Below are positions 28,100-39,124 of a stretch of 64,000 nt of DNA, in pieces. Position numbers and translations under genes: made by a program. How positions within the stretch are numbered: the first letter of the stretch is position 1; each line of letters opens with the position of its first letter. This DNA comes from Bacteroidales bacterium (lineage in GTDB: Bacteria > Bacteroidota > Bacteroidia > Bacteroidales > PUMT01): positions 10,010 to 74,009 of the forward strand of contig SLCF01000051.1 in NCBI GenBank assembly GCA_007125955.1. Direction: 5' to 3'. The notes below the pieces were generated by a model. That model was given only the letters and a program-made list of their open reading frames with translations, was not told the DNA's origin and ran no database searches.

Positions 28100-30004
28100 T
28101 CACTCCGCCCATCTCACAAGGTTGTCATCACCGCAAAGAAGCTTTTCATTGTCAATAAGCCAGCGTATAACCTTCAGCGTTTTTTCGGGAGGATGGTCGA
28201 GAAGATCTACCAGCTCATCCAGCATAACATTGCCGTGCCTGAGAACCGCCCTGATATTCTCCTCTATCATGTCAAACTCATACCTGCTTAGGTCCTCACC
28301 ATTCCTGCTGTTGCAGTAATCGCAGTTTCCGCAGTTCCCTGCATCATCTTCACCAAAATACGCCAGGAGGAGACGGCTCCTGCACCGGTTTTTTGATGAA
28401 GCATAATCCAGCATATTGTAAAGCCTTTCCTCGTACCTTTTTTTTCTTTCCCTGTAGGAAGATGTCGACAGGTAAAGGGAGTTCTCATCCATTCTTTCTG
28501 TAATGAAAACAATAAGCGGTGTCTTTTTAGCAGGGACATACTGTATGATCTTTTGTGAGGAAAGGCTTGTCAGATACTGATATACTAAATCGCGCGAAAC
28601 TGAAGCCTTGCGTGCAAGAAATTCCTCGTCAATTGCTACAAACCCTGAAAAAACACCTGAACAGGAACGCAGGAGAAGCTTAATAAAAGAGTCGAACTGC
28701 GCATTGGCAACCTGGAAGCGGTAGAGCTCATCCCTCCCGGTAATGAAAAAGATTCTTGACGGATTGTTGACCTCATCTGTAAGCTCTATGTATCCGGCCT
28801 TTTCGAGTGTCTTCAGACATGAGTATGCTGTAAGGGAATGAAACTTGTAAGAAGAAGCAAAATCCACCAGGTTAAAATCGAAAACAGCATCACGTCCCCC
28901 GCCATAAGGAACCCTCAGATAACTGCCAAGGGCGTGGTAAACCCTCTTCACTTCATCCAGACCGGGATAATTTACCCGCATCCTCTGCTGAACACTTTTT
29001 TTATCCGATTCGTTGTAGAGCAATACCGCAAAAGCAGCATTCCCGTCCCTTCCGGCCCTTCCAGCCTCCTGAAAATATGATTCAAGCGAATCGGGCAAGT
29101 CCATATGTACCACAAACCTTACATCAGGTTTGTCTATACCCATGCCGAAAGCATTGGTAGCAACAATAACATCCGTTCTGCCATCACTCCAGTCATTTTG
29201 CTTCTCATTCCGCAAATCCATTTTTATCCCGGCATGGTAGGAATCTGCCGAAACGCCGTTCTTAACTAGAAAAGCGGCAATCTCTCCGGTCTTTTTTCGG
29301 CTCCTGACATAAACAATGCCCGATCCTTTCACCCCCTGTACTACCCTCAGAAGCTGCTTCATCTTGTCTTCGGTATTTCTTACTATGTAACGCAGATTTT
29401 CCCTTTCAAAACTCTTTTTCAAAAGGTTTTTCTTCCTGAAAAGCAGTTTTTCCTGTATATCATCCGCCACTCTGGGAGTTGCGGTGGCAGTAAGAGCCAG
29501 AACAGGCACTTCGGGCAGAAGATCCCTGAGGCGTGATATCTGAAGGTAGGAAGGCCTGAAATCATAACCCCACTGTGAAATGCAGTGCGCCTCATCAACT
29601 GCAATAAGGTTAACAGGCATCTTTACCACCCTGGCGCGGAAAATTTCAGTGCCCAGTCTCTCTGGTGAAACGTAAAGGAACTTGTAATTGCCGTATATGC
29701 AGTTGTCAAGTGATACATCTATCTCAAACCTGCTCATTCCCGAAAAAACAGCAACAGCTTTGATGCCCTTTTTAACAAGGTTTTCAACCTGGTCTTTCAT
29801 AAGGGATATAAGAGGGGTGACCACAACGCATATTCCGTCGGTTGCCAGGGCAGGCACCTGGAAGGTGATCGACTTCCCCCCGCCGGTCGGCATAAGTGCA
29901 AGAGTATCCTTCCCTTCAGCCACAGAACTGATAATCTCGTACTGCAACGGCCTGAAATAATCGAATCCCCAGTAACGCGATAGTATATGACTGAAATTTT
30001 CCAC
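28100..30004 (-). CDS. recQ: RecQ-family ATP-dependent DNA helicase
   Basis: FRPLQ motif, Walker A MPTGGGKS and DEAH box VDEAHCISQWGYDFRP are present. The RecQ Zn-binding cluster is CRSRLLLAYFGEDDAGNCGNCDYC. The start appears to be GTG. Confidence 0.9.
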   Translation of the reverse strand: MENFSHILSRYWGFDYFRPLQYEIISSVAEGKDTLALMPTGGGKSITFQVPALATDGICVVVTPLISLMKDQVENLVKKGIKAVAVFSGMSRFEIDVSLDNCIYGNYKFLYVSPERLGTEIFRARVVKMPVNLIAVDEAHCISQWGYDFRPSYLQISRLRDLLPEVPVLALTATATPRVADDIQEKLLFRKKNLLKKSFERENLRYIVRNTEDKMKQLLRVVQGVKGSGIVYVRSRKKTGEIAAFLVKNGVSADSYHAGIKMDLRNEKQNDWSDGRTDVIVATNAFGMGIDKPDVRFVVHMDLPDSLESYFQEAGRAGRDGNAAFAVLLYNESDKKSVQQRMRVNYPGLDEVKRVYHALGSYLRVPYGGGRDAVFDFNLVDFASSYKFHSLTAYSCLKTLEKAGYIELTDEVNNPSRIFFITGRDELYRFQVANAQFDSFIKLLLRSCSGVFSGFVAIDEEFLARKASVSRDLVYQYLTSLSSQKIIQYVPAKKTPLIVFITERMDENSLYLSTSSYRERKKRYEERLYNMLDYASSKNRCRSRLLLAYFGEDDAGNCGNCDYCNSRNGEDLSRYEFDMIEENIRAVLRHGNVMLDELVDLLDHPPEKTLKVIRWLIDNEKLLCGDDNLVRWAE

Positions 30005-30192
30005 TTTTTTCCCTTTATCAGGTTAGTGCAGCAATAATTACACCATAAAACAGTTTGTTACATTATAACGAATAGCTAAATTTAAACTGTAAAAAAGAGT
30101 CTGAATCTTTTGTAAAAAGGTAACAAAATTTCGACTCACAGAATGAACCACTTCGCTTTACAATAAATTTTCTCATCTTACTGCGTGTAACT

Positions 30193-30219
30193 TTTGAAGA
30201 GAAATTTTATTTACATTTG
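30193..30219 (+). promoter_or_regulatory. candidate Bacteroidota-type promoter of guaB
   Basis: TTTG at 30193-30196 and TACATTTG at 30212-30219 match the -33 TTTG / -7 TAnnTTTG consensus. They lie ~50 nt upstream of the ATG at 30271. Confidence 0.35.
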
Positions 30220-30270
30220 CATCCACGATATTTATATCCTGAAGTATTAAAATTAATTAAATTTTATCAA

Positions 30271-31740
30271 ATGACATTTGATTCTGAAAAAATAAAAGGC
30301 GAAGGCGTCACTTTTGACGACGTTCTGCTGGTTCCCTCATATTCCGAAGTCCTTCCGAGAAATGTCGATATATCCTCTTACTTTTCGCGGAATATTAAAA
30401 TTAACACCCCGATAGTTTCAGCCGCTATGGATACTGTAACAGAGGCACCTCTGGCAATTGCAATTGCCCGCGCCGGAGGAATCGGTGTTATACACAAAAA
30501 CATGACAAAGGTGGAGCAGGCAAAGCAGATCAAAGTTGTCAAAAGGGCAGAAAGCGGAATGATTTACAACCCGGTCACCATGCTGAAAGACAGCACTGTG
30601 GGTGACGCACTAAAAATAATGAAGGAGTACCAGATAGGGGGAATACCGATTGTTGATGACAACGGTTTCCTCATAGGTATAGTAACCAACCGCGACCTGC
30701 GATTTCAGAATGATATGAAGAGCCCGATCAGGGAGGTAATGACCAGTGAAAACATTGTTACAACATCACAACCCACAGACCTTGATAAAGCAGCTCAGAT
30801 ACTGCAGAAACACAAGATTGAGAAGCTGCCGGTAGTTGACGGGGAAAACAGGCTTGTGGGACTACTCACTCACAGGGATATCACCAAAGCTAAAGACAAC
30901 CCGCTTGCATGCAAGGATGAAAAAGGCCGGCTTAGGGTGGCTGCAGGAATAGGTGTCACTCCCGATGTGTATGACCGTGTTGAACTGCTCATTGAAGCCG
31001 GAACCGATGCCCTCGTTATTGATACCGCCCACGGTCATACAAAAGGAGTATTGGGTCTGCTGAAAGATATTAAGAAACGGTTCAGCAATATTGACATTGT
31101 TGTAGGCAACATAGGTACTGCAGAAGCCGCCAAAGAACTGGAAAGAAACGGAGCTGATGCTGTTAAGGTTGGAATAGGGCCGGGATCGATTTGCACAACA
31201 AGGGTAATTGCCGGTGTAGGTATTCCCCAGTTAACTGCCATTTACGATGTAGCCTCTGCAATAAAAGGAAGCGGGGTACCGGTGATAGCTGATGGCGGAA
31301 TACGCTACTCCGGAGATATAGTAAAAGCTATTGCCGCCGGAGCAGATAGCATAATGGCAGGCTCACTGCTTGCAGGAGTTGAAGAGTCGCCGGGTGAAAC
31401 AATAATATACAGCGGCAGAAAATTCAAAGCCTACCGGGGAATGGGATCGGTAGAAGCCATGCAGCACGGGTCAAAAGACCGCTATTTCCAGGATATGGAA
31501 GACGATATTCAAAAGCTTGTACCTGAAGGAATCTCAGGAAGGATCCCATATAAAGGAACACTTGCTGAGGTTGTCTACCAGCTTTTGGGCGGACTGCGTG
31601 CAGGAATGGGATATTGCGGAGCAGAAAACATTGAGGTTCTCAAAAAATCCAAATTCATCAGAATAACAAATTCGGGGTTAAACGAAAGCCATCCGCATGA
31701 TGTAACAATAACCAGGGAGGCGCCAAATTACAGCAGATAA
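30271..31740 (+). CDS. guaB: IMP dehydrogenase
   Basis: Start moved to [26 protein letters not shown] pair is present, with catalytic loop [11 protein letters not shown]. Confidence 0.95.
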   Translation: MTFDSEKIKGEGVTFDDVLLVPSYSEVLPRNVDISSYFSRNIKINTPIVSAAMDTVTEAPLAIAIARAGGIGVIHKNMTKVEQAKQIKVVKRAESGMIYNPVTMLKDSTVGDALKIMKEYQIGGIPIVDDNGFLIGIVTNRDLRFQNDMKSPIREVMTSENIVTTSQPTDLDKAAQILQKHKIEKLPVVDGENRLVGLLTHRDITKAKDNPLACKDEKGRLRVAAGIGVTPDVYDRVELLIEAGTDALVIDTAHGHTKGVLGLLKDIKKRFSNIDIVVGNIGTAEAAKELERNGADAVKVGIGPGSICTTRVIAGVGIPQLTAIYDVASAIKGSGVPVIADGGIRYSGDIVKAIAAGADSIMAGSLLAGVEESPGETIIYSGRKFKAYRGMGSVEAMQHGSKDRYFQDMEDDIQKLVPEGISGRIPYKGTLAEVVYQLLGGLRAGMGYCGAENIEVLKKSKFIRITNSGLNESHPHDVTITREAPNYSR

Positions 31741-31782
31741 CCGTTCCGGTTTGCTTATGCCATAAATCAAACAGGCTGAAAG

Positions 31783-33738
31783 ATGAAAAAGGGATATACA
31801 TTGATAAAACTGTTTTTGCTTTTTTTGCTGCCTCTTAGCTCAGCCGGCAGCAGCGCCGGTGAGCCCCTGATAACAATAAACGGCACAGAAATAACAAGGG
31901 AAGAATTCATTCACTCGTATAAAAGGAATTACAAGCTTCTTGAGGACAAATCTCTGGATGAATTCCTCGGGATGTTCGTGGATTTCAAACTTAAAATCGC
32001 TGACGCCAGGGAAGAAGGGCTGCATGAATCACCCGGTTTCATTAAAGAGGTCTCAGCCTACAGGGAGAAATTGGCAAGGCCATATCTGACTGACAGTGGG
32101 GCTCTCGAAAAACTTGCAAAGGAGGCATACGACCGCCTGAGGTATAACGTCAGTGCAAGCCACATTCTCATCAGTACAGGCCTTTTCCCGTCGCCTGAAG
32201 ATGCAGCGAATGCATATGAAAAAGCTATGGAGATAAGGGAAAGAATAGTTGCTGGTGAATCATTCAGGCTGGTTGCTATGGCCACATCAGATGACCCGTC
32301 GGTTAAGCAAAACGGCGGAAATCTTGGTTATTTCACAGCTCTGCAGATGAGCTACCCTTTCGAAAACTTCGTGTACAACAGTGATCCGGGAGAAATTTCG
32401 GAACCTGTCAGATCTTCTTTCGGATACCATATAATCAGGACTGATGAGAAGATTGAATCAGCTGGTGAAGTAAGAACAGCCCACATAATGATAGCCCTGA
32501 CCGGCGAAAATGATGACGAAGCCAGGGAAAAGATTGATGAGCTGCACAGGCGCCTCCGTGCAGGAGAATCTTTTGAAGAGCTGGCACGGGAATATTCCGA
32601 TGATATTAATTCAGCTCCGGAAGGAGGAATACTGCCCTGGTTCGGTGCGGGAACCATGGTGAGAGAATTTGAGGAAGCCGCTTTTTCCCTCACTTCACAG
32701 GGTGAGTTCAGCGATCCTGTGAAAACCCGTTACGGATGGCATATCATCAAACTGCTTGACCGCAAGCCCCTGCCTCCATATCACGAGATAAGTGAAGAGT
32801 TGAAAGACCGTATAATGTTATACGGAGGAGAAAGGGAAAGAATAGTGAGAACCGCCTTCGTCAACTCACTCAAGAAAGAGTACAATTTCAGGGAGTATCC
32901 CCAGTCACTCAGAATATTCAGGCGCCAGGAAGATGACATAATCACCCGTTCGGAGCTGGAAATGATCTCCCGGATACAGCAACCCGAGCCCATCTTCTCT
33001 TTTGCCGGGCGACAGTATTATCAGAATGAGTTTGCCGCCCATCTTTCAGAACTGGTGAGGAAACATGGTACCGCCCTGCACATCAATTATATAGATGAAA
33101 TGTACAGGGATTTTGCAGAGACAAAGCTGATCGGATTTGAGAACAGCAGGCTTGAGGAGAAGCACCCCTCTTTCCGCTACCAGGTAAAAGAATACAGTGA
33201 CGGACTTCTCCTTTACGAGATTACCAGGAAAAGGGTATGGTCAGAAATATCCGTCGAAAGCGAAGGATTCGCAAATTTTTACAAGAAATACAAGGACAAT
33301 TATATTTGGGATACAAGACTGGATGCAACAATTTTCAACGCTTCGGGTGAACGGGCTGCAAGACGTACAGCAAGGCTTGCAGAAAGGATACTTTCCGGCA
33401 GAAGGGATACCGGGTGGCTTTTGAACCGGGTTAACCGCTTATCGGGAGAGCCGGTTGTAACCGCAGAGAGGTCTTATTTTTCAAAAGGTGATTTGGATAT
33501 TACCGACATGGTGGATTGGGAGAGAGGGATTAGCGAAAAAATATTCAGGGCCGGAGAGAACTACTTTGTGGTGCTTGTTCACGATGTTATTGATCCTGAA
33601 CCCAAACCCCTTGAAATGGTCCAGGAAGAGGTATTGCAGGATTACCAGGAGTACCTTGAAGACAACTGGCGGAAGGAACTCAGGGAAAGATATCAGATTA
33701 GGATTAACAGGGAATTGCTTTCGGGCATAGGACTTTAA
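31783..33738 (+). CDS. periplasmic parvulin-type peptidylprolyl isomerase (two PpiC domains)
   Basis: A signal peptide is present. Parvulin motifs are GGNLGYF...GYHIIR and GGILPWF...GWHIIKL. Confidence 0.8.
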   Translation: MKKGYTLIKLFLLFLLPLSSAGSSAGEPLITINGTEITREEFIHSYKRNYKLLEDKSLDEFLGMFVDFKLKIADAREEGLHESPGFIKEVSAYREKLARPYLTDSGALEKLAKEAYDRLRYNVSASHILISTGLFPSPEDAANAYEKAMEIRERIVAGESFRLVAMATSDDPSVKQNGGNLGYFTALQMSYPFENFVYNSDPGEISEPVRSSFGYHIIRTDEKIESAGEVRTAHIMIALTGENDDEAREKIDELHRRLRAGESFEELAREYSDDINSAPEGGILPWFGAGTMVREFEEAAFSLTSQGEFSDPVKTRYGWHIIKLLDRKPLPPYHEISEELKDRIMLYGGERERIVRTAFVNSLKKEYNFREYPQSLRIFRRQEDDIITRSELEMISRIQQPEPIFSFAGRQYYQNEFAAHLSELVRKHGTALHINYIDEMYRDFAETKLIGFENSRLEEKHPSFRYQVKEYSDGLLLYEITRKRVWSEISVESEGFANFYKKYKDNYIWDTRLDATIFNASGERAARRTARLAERILSGRRDTGWLLNRVNRLSGEPVVTAERSYFSKGDLDITDMVDWERGISEKIFRAGENYFVVLVHDVIDPEPKPLEMVQEEVLQDYQEYLEDNWRKELRERYQIRINRELLSGIGL

Positions 33739-33865
33739 ATTGCCGGAGATCAAAAGGCTTTCATTTTTTTTTACTTTGCATATAATAAAGTGCATTCAAA
33801 TTCCGATTTCTAAACTGAAAGATGATATAAAAATTAACGACCAAATAAAAAAAACAAAACATCAA

Positions 33866-35245
33866 ATGGTAAGAAGCAAAAAAAAATTAGTGCATCATAT
33901 AATCACTGCCACACTGATCTCTGCTTTTACACTTTTTATACCCATGAAAGCTAACGGACAGGAACAGGTAGTTGACCAGGTTGTTGCGGTTGTAGGAGAC
34001 AATATTATTCTTCAATCGGAAATTGAAGAGTATATGCAACAGATGCGCGCTCAGGGCTTTACTATGACCGAAGAAATGAGATGCGAGCTGCTTGAAGACT
34101 TCCTTGTCCAGAAATTGCTGGTTACACAGGCTGAAATTGACAGCGTTGAAATATCTGAAGCGGATGTTGAAATGGAAATGAACAACCGGATGCAGTTTTT
34201 TGTACGCCAGATCGGCTCCGAACAAAAACTTGAAGACTATTTCAGCAAGTCGATATTCGAAATAAGGGAAGATTTGCGTGAGCCGATCAGGGAACAGATG
34301 CTGACCCAGAGAATGCAGATGAAAATTACCGAAAACGTGAGGGTCACTCCTTCAGAGGTGAAGGAATACTACAACAGCGTGCACCCCGACAGTATACCGA
34401 TGATACCGTCTAAGGTGGAGATACGGCAGATAGTGAAATATCCCACTTTTACGGAAACCGAGGAATTCAGGGTTGTTCAGCGCCTGAACGATATGAGGCA
34501 AAGGATCATAAGCGGCGAAAGCAGCTTTTCGGCAATGGCAGCAATTTATTCGCATGATGAAGGTACCGCCAGGCGTGGAGGTGAGCTGGGATTTGTTTCC
34601 AGAAGTGACCTCGACCCGGAATTTGCAGATGTGGTATTCTCGCTCAAGGAAGACAGGATATCCCAGGTATTCCAGTCAGGTTACGGCTACCACATAGCCC
34701 AGGTAATTGACCGCAGGGATGAAAGGGTTAATGTGAGACATATTCTTATTCAACCTGAAATAGATGAGAGGGAAAAAGAAGTTGCACGTAATTTTCTGGA
34801 TAGTATCTCAGCTGCAATAGCTTCCAACAGCATAAGCTTCAGGGAAGCTGCAATGAAGTATTCAGATGATGAAAAAACCAATATGAGCGGAGGTCTGATG
34901 GTAAATCCCCAAACCGGAGGGGCGATGTTTGAGATAGACCAGCTCAACCCGGATGTATATGAAGCGATAAAGGACCTGAGTGTGGGCGAGATGTCAGAAC
35001 CGGTAGAAATAAGGGAGCAAAGGGGAAGGATTGCTTACAAGGTGTTTTACCTCAGCAGGCAGACAGCTCCCCAGAAAGCCAACCTGAAAGACAATTATGA
35101 TGTAATAAAGGAAATGGCTCTGGAAGAAAAGGAGCAAAAGGTGTTAATGAACTGGATAGGGAAAAGACAGGAAAAGACCTTTATAAGGATAATGGATGAC
35201 TACAAAAACTGTAACTTCTCCACTGATGGGTGGTTTGATAATTAA
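33866..35245 (+). CDS. surA: SurA-like periplasmic chaperone / peptidylprolyl isomerase
   Basis: Start moved to the ATG at 33866 (MVRSKKKLVHHIITATLISAFTLFIPMKANGQ signal peptide). A SurA_N-like region is followed by the parvulin motif GGELGFV...GYHIAQV. Confidence 0.75.
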   Translation: MVRSKKKLVHHIITATLISAFTLFIPMKANGQEQVVDQVVAVVGDNIILQSEIEEYMQQMRAQGFTMTEEMRCELLEDFLVQKLLVTQAEIDSVEISEADVEMEMNNRMQFFVRQIGSEQKLEDYFSKSIFEIREDLREPIREQMLTQRMQMKITENVRVTPSEVKEYYNSVHPDSIPMIPSKVEIRQIVKYPTFTETEEFRVVQRLNDMRQRIISGESSFSAMAAIYSHDEGTARRGGELGFVSRSDLDPEFADVVFSLKEDRISQVFQSGYGYHIAQVIDRRDERVNVRHILIQPEIDEREKEVARNFLDSISAAIASNSISFREAAMKYSDDEKTNMSGGLMVNPQTGGAMFEIDQLNPDVYEAIKDLSVGEMSEPVEIREQRGRIAYKVFYLSRQTAPQKANLKDNYDVIKEMALEEKEQKVLMNWIGKRQEKTFIRIMDDYKNCNFSTDGWFDN

Positions 35246-35359
35246 CCCTGCCTGTTTGTTCGTCAAAAACATCCTGGTTATGAATTCCGGTGGAATTGAT
35301 TTTTGCCATTCCGGCATGGAATTTGCCCCTGATTGTCTTTCAAAGCAACCTGAGATCTG

Positions 35360-36877
35360 ATGGGCCGCTTAATTTTTTTTGTTTTCATTATTGTAGCGGC
35401 AGTGATGATTGCCGCCGCACACTCTCAAGAAGACAGTCAGCCAAGGAGAGTGGAAATTCTTCATGCCAACAGTCTTGAATTTGACAGGAACCTGGGACCT
35501 GATGTAAGAAGACTGATAGGAGATGTCCGTCTTAAACATGAAGATGCACTTATGTATTGCGACAGTGCATACCTCTTTTCCGGGAATAATATTGTTCACG
35601 CATACGGAAACGTTCATATAAACCAGGGCGACACGGTGCATCTGAGAGCCGATTTTATCAGGTATTTCGGCGAGAAAAGGTTTGCTGAAGCCCGCGGCAA
35701 TGTGGAGCTTTATGACGACGATGCGACCCTCACAACCGACAGCCTCGATTATGACATAGAAAGAAATGTTGCCTTCTACCCTTCAGGGGGAAGAATAGTA
35801 AGCGGGGAAAGCATTATTGAAAGCATCAGGGGGTACTATTACTCAAATGATAAAGTTATGTTTTTCAAGGATGAAGTAAATGTGGTTACACCCGACTACC
35901 GGATCAAATGCGACACACTTAAATACAATACCGAAACGGAAACAGCCTTTTTTCTGGGCCCTTCAACCATTATCACTGAAGATCTCCACATATACTGCGA
36001 AAACGGATGGCATAACACCCAGACAGATATCTCCCAGTTCAATAAAAACGCTGTAATAACGCATGAAAACCAGGTAGTGAAAGCAGATAGCTTTTATTAC
36101 GACCATTCAGGAAATTACGGAAAGGGGTTTTTTAATGTGGAGATGACCGATACAGTTGAAAGGATAGTGCTTTACGGCCACTATTCCCTATTTGAAAGGG
36201 AGCCGGAATACACCATGATAACTGACAGCGCCCTTTTCGTTCATTATGACGAGGAAAATGACTCACTTTTCCTGCATGCCGACACACTGGAGTCTTTTTT
36301 CGATTCAACAGGGGAATACAGGATACTCAATGCTTTCTACGGAGCGCGTTTTTTCAGTGAGGATTTGCAGGGTCAATGCGACTCGCTTTACTATACTTTT
36401 CAGGACTCCATTATACGGATGTATACTGAACCTGTACTATGGAACAATGAAACACAGCTTACTGCCGACTATATGGAGATCCATTCGAAGGATGAGGAAA
36501 TTGACCATGTAATTATGAACGGGAACGCCTTTATTGTATCGTTTGAGGAAGGCGATTATTACAACCAGATAAAAGGAAGGGACATGACCGGATACTTCAA
36601 TGAAGGTGAGCTTTCCAGGGTGCGGGTTGTAGGTAATGCTGAAACACTTTACTACCCCAAAGAAGAGGAGGAGATCATCGGTGTGAATGTAGTGGCAAGC
36701 ACCACCCTCATGATATTCATGAAAGACAACTCCCCTGAGCGCATCAGGTTTGAAACAAATCCCGAAGCAACACTTTATCCGCTGGAAGATATGTCAGGTT
36801 CAGAATTGTTCCTCAAGGATTTCAAGTGGCTGGAAGAAATCCGGCCACTATCAAAAGAAGATCTGTTTAAAAAATAG
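35360..36877 (+). CDS. OstA-like (LptA/LptD N-terminal fold) repeat protein
   Basis: An N-terminal TM/signal segment is present. Repeated GNV.l..gd..l.aD...Y-type strands (GDVRLKHEDALMYCDSAY, GNVHINQGDTVHLRADFIRY, GNVELYDDDATLTTDSLDY) follow. Confidence 0.65.
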   Translation: MGRLIFFVFIIVAAVMIAAAHSQEDSQPRRVEILHANSLEFDRNLGPDVRRLIGDVRLKHEDALMYCDSAYLFSGNNIVHAYGNVHINQGDTVHLRADFIRYFGEKRFAEARGNVELYDDDATLTTDSLDYDIERNVAFYPSGGRIVSGESIIESIRGYYYSNDKVMFFKDEVNVVTPDYRIKCDTLKYNTETETAFFLGPSTIITEDLHIYCENGWHNTQTDISQFNKNAVITHENQVVKADSFYYDHSGNYGKGFFNVEMTDTVERIVLYGHYSLFEREPEYTMITDSALFVHYDEENDSLFLHADTLESFFDSTGEYRILNAFYGARFFSEDLQGQCDSLYYTFQDSIIRMYTEPVLWNNETQLTADYMEIHSKDEEIDHVIMNGNAFIVSFEEGDYYNQIKGRDMTGYFNEGELSRVRVVGNAETLYYPKEEEEIIGVNVVASTTLMIFMKDNSPERIRFETNPEATLYPLEDMSGSELFLKDFKWLEEIRPLSKEDLFKK

Positions 36878-36878
36878 A

Positions 36879-37100
36879 TTAATACTCATCCTCATTAAAA
36901 AAGAAATCATCCTTACTGGGATAATCAGGCCAGATATCTTCAATACTTTCATACACCTCACCCTCGTCTTCTATCTCCTGAAGATTTTCAATCACTTCAA
37001 GTGGAGCTCCCGAGCGCATTGCATAATCGATAAGTTCATCTTTCGTTGCCGGCCAGGGGGCATCTTCAAGTTTGGAAGCCAGCTCTAAGGTCCAGTACAT
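36879..37100 (-). CDS. small DUF2795-like protein
   Basis: 73 aa, with WPATKDELIDYAMRSGAPLEVIENLQ typical of DUF2795. The assignment is from memory. Confidence 0.55.
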   Translation of the reverse strand: MYWTLELASKLEDAPWPATKDELIDYAMRSGAPLEVIENLQEIEDEGEVYESIEDIWPDYPSKDDFFFNEDEY

Positions 37101-37190
37101 AACAGAAAAAAATTAATCTATTTTTAACTTTCTTTAAAAGTTTCGCAAATTTAAAAAAAGCGTCAATAAAAACAAATAATAAGTTTTATA

Positions 37191-37223
37191 AGTAAAAAAG
37201 GGCGTAAAATACCACTGCCCTTT
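37191..37223 (-). terminator. rho-independent terminator downstream of the ABC ATPase gene
   Basis: Stem AAAGGGC (37197-37203) pairs with GCCCTTT (37217-37223). An A-run on the plus strand gives a U-run after the hairpin on the minus strand. Confidence 0.45.
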
Positions 37224-37336
37224 GGCTTTTCAACAGTTCGCGATTGTTTTCTTAAAATTGGTAACGGATAAGTTGCGGGAAAATATATACTACCCCGAAT
37301 GTTTTTTTAGTATTCCGGAACAATTTATTAACCGGT

Positions 37337-38065
37337 TCAATCCTCATCAACTGTAACAGCAATCCTTTTAGTGGGGTTAGGATTAATTTTGTCGGATTCA
37401 ATCTCTCCGTCGCGTAACCTGACTATACGGTGGGCCCTTAATGAGATATCGGGCTCATGGGTTACAAGTATTATTGTATTGCCAGCCTCATGTATGTCGG
37501 TGAAAAGATTCATTATATCAATTGAGGTTTTTGAATCAAGGTTACCTGTAGGCTCATCGGCAAGAATGATTGAAGGACTGTTTACCATTGCACGTGCAAC
37601 AGCCACCCTCTGTCGTTCTCCTCCTGACAACTCATTCGGGTTGTGCATTATCCTTTCGGTGAGCCCAACCTTGTCAAGCATATCTTTTGCCCTTTCAATG
37701 CGCTCAGTCTTGGATTTGCCGGCATATATCATTGGCAACATAACATTTTCAAGTGCATTGTACCTGGGAAGCAAATTAAATGTCTGAAACACGAACCCTA
37801 TCTCCTGGTTCCTTATTTCGGCAAGCTGACTGTCTTCCAGCTGGCTCACATCCGTGCCGTTCAGTATATACTCGCCGCTGTTGGGAGTATCGAGACAACC
37901 AATAACGTTCATAAGTGTAGACTTGCCTGAGCCTGAAGCGCCCATAATGGCAACATACTCGTTTTTCTGAATCTCCAGGCTTACGGCACGAAGCGCTCTT
38001 ACAATCACATCCGACCCCAGCTGGTAATTCTTTACGATGTCTGTTAATTTAATTACTTTACTCAT
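37337..38065 (-). CDS. ABC transporter ATP-binding protein (MacB/LolD-like)
   Basis: Walker [10 protein letters not shown], signature [14 protein letters not shown] and Walker [12 protein letters not shown] are all present. Confidence 0.9.
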   Translation of the reverse strand: MSKVIKLTDIVKNYQLGSDVIVRALRAVSLEIQKNEYVAIMGASGSGKSTLMNVIGCLDTPNSGEYILNGTDVSQLEDSQLAEIRNQEIGFVFQTFNLLPRYNALENVMLPMIYAGKSKTERIERAKDMLDKVGLTERIMHNPNELSGGERQRVAVARAMVNSPSIILADEPTGNLDSKTSIDIMNLFTDIHEAGNTIILVTHEPDISLRAHRIVRLRDGEIESDKINPNPTKRIAVTVDED

Positions 38066-38169
38066 TTTTTATACCGGATATATCAATTAATACTCTCTAT
38101 CTGATCTTTTTAAAAAACCACCGAATTTAGAAATTACAAAGCTCAAACGGAAATAGTTTAACATTATTT

Positions 38170-38994
38170 TCAATAATTTAACAGAATCTTCTGCCGCGGG
38201 AGACCTTTCCTGAAAAAAACCACTCCGGCCCTGAAAAGATCGATGGTTATTCTGACACTTTCATGCTCTGTTATCTCCCTCCATGCTTCTTCCATCTCAT
38301 CAGACCAGTGAATATCATCAAAAATGAAAACAGATTCCCCGGTCGATTTTTCCAAACACTGCTCAAACTGCCACAGGAGCGATTCTTTCCTGTGGTCGCC
38401 GTCAAAAAAAACAAAATCTACCCTGCCCATTCTTTCAAGAACTTCAGGCAGTTTCTCCCTGAACGGCCCTTTAATAACCTCCACGTTATTGAATCCGGCT
38501 CTGCTGATGTTTGACTCAGCTAGCGAAGAGAGATTCACGCATCCTTCTATTGTCCAAACAACACTTTCTTCAGTTGCCGCGGCAAGGTACATTGTGCTCA
38601 TACCAAGAGATGTGCCCAGTTCAAGTATATTCTCCGAACCGAAATAAGAGGCAAGCCTGTTGAGCAGCTCTCCCTTCTTTCTGTCTGCTGAAGAGTGCCG
38701 GGCAATCCGACTGACCATCCTTCTGCCTTTATTATAAAAGAGCGACCCTGCTCCCATGTCATTCACATCAATCATATCACTGCAGGCAAGAAGTTTCTTT
38801 CTCACATTCTCAATATTTTCAAATTCAGGCTTCCATCGCCGGTCGCGAAACACATTAACAATCAAATCGAACACAAACGGTGAATGAACACCATGCCCTC
38901 TTTTGCTTTTAGCATTAATCTTATGGACAATAAATCTGCAGAAAAGTTTAAATTTACATCTTGTTATGGCACAAAAACGCAAAATGGTGAGCAT
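38170..38994 (-). CDS. class I SAM-dependent methyltransferase (O-methyltransferase-like)
   Basis: Rossmann SAM motif ILELGTSLGMST is present, with acidic loops FFDGDH and IFDDIHW downstream. Confidence 0.65.
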   Translation of the reverse strand: MLTILRFCAITRCKFKLFCRFIVHKINAKSKRGHGVHSPFVFDLIVNVFRDRRWKPEFENIENVRKKLLACSDMIDVNDMGAGSLFYNKGRRMVSRIARHSSADRKKGELLNRLASYFGSENILELGTSLGMSTMYLAAATEESVVWTIEGCVNLSSLAESNISRAGFNNVEVIKGPFREKLPEVLERMGRVDFVFFDGDHRKESLLWQFEQCLEKSTGESVFIFDDIHWSDEMEEAWREITEHESVRITIDLFRAGVVFFRKGLPRQKILLNY

Positions 38995-39124
38995 ATCATT
39001 CCTGATGGGTTTTCCATTTATAATTCAGCCGGCACAACTGAATTCGCTAATATACCTTTTTAGAATGAAGGTTGAAACAATATATTGCCGGTATTTTTAA
39101 AATCTTTCTACATCTCGTTGTGAA

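Noticed and set aside
36875-36881. The convergent stop codons of the OstA-like gene (TAG 36875-36877) and the DUF2795-like gene (TAA 36879-36881) are separated by a single base.
   Set aside because: This is a curiosity of gene packing. No hairpin or other signal is present, and nothing suggests a functional link.
17451-38065. The FtsX-like permease (17451..19817) and the MacB/LolD-like ATPase (37337..38065) could form one transporter.
   Set aside because: They are ~17 kb apart with unrelated genes between them. Orphan FtsX permeases and ATPases are common in this phylum, so no pairing can be claimed from this window.
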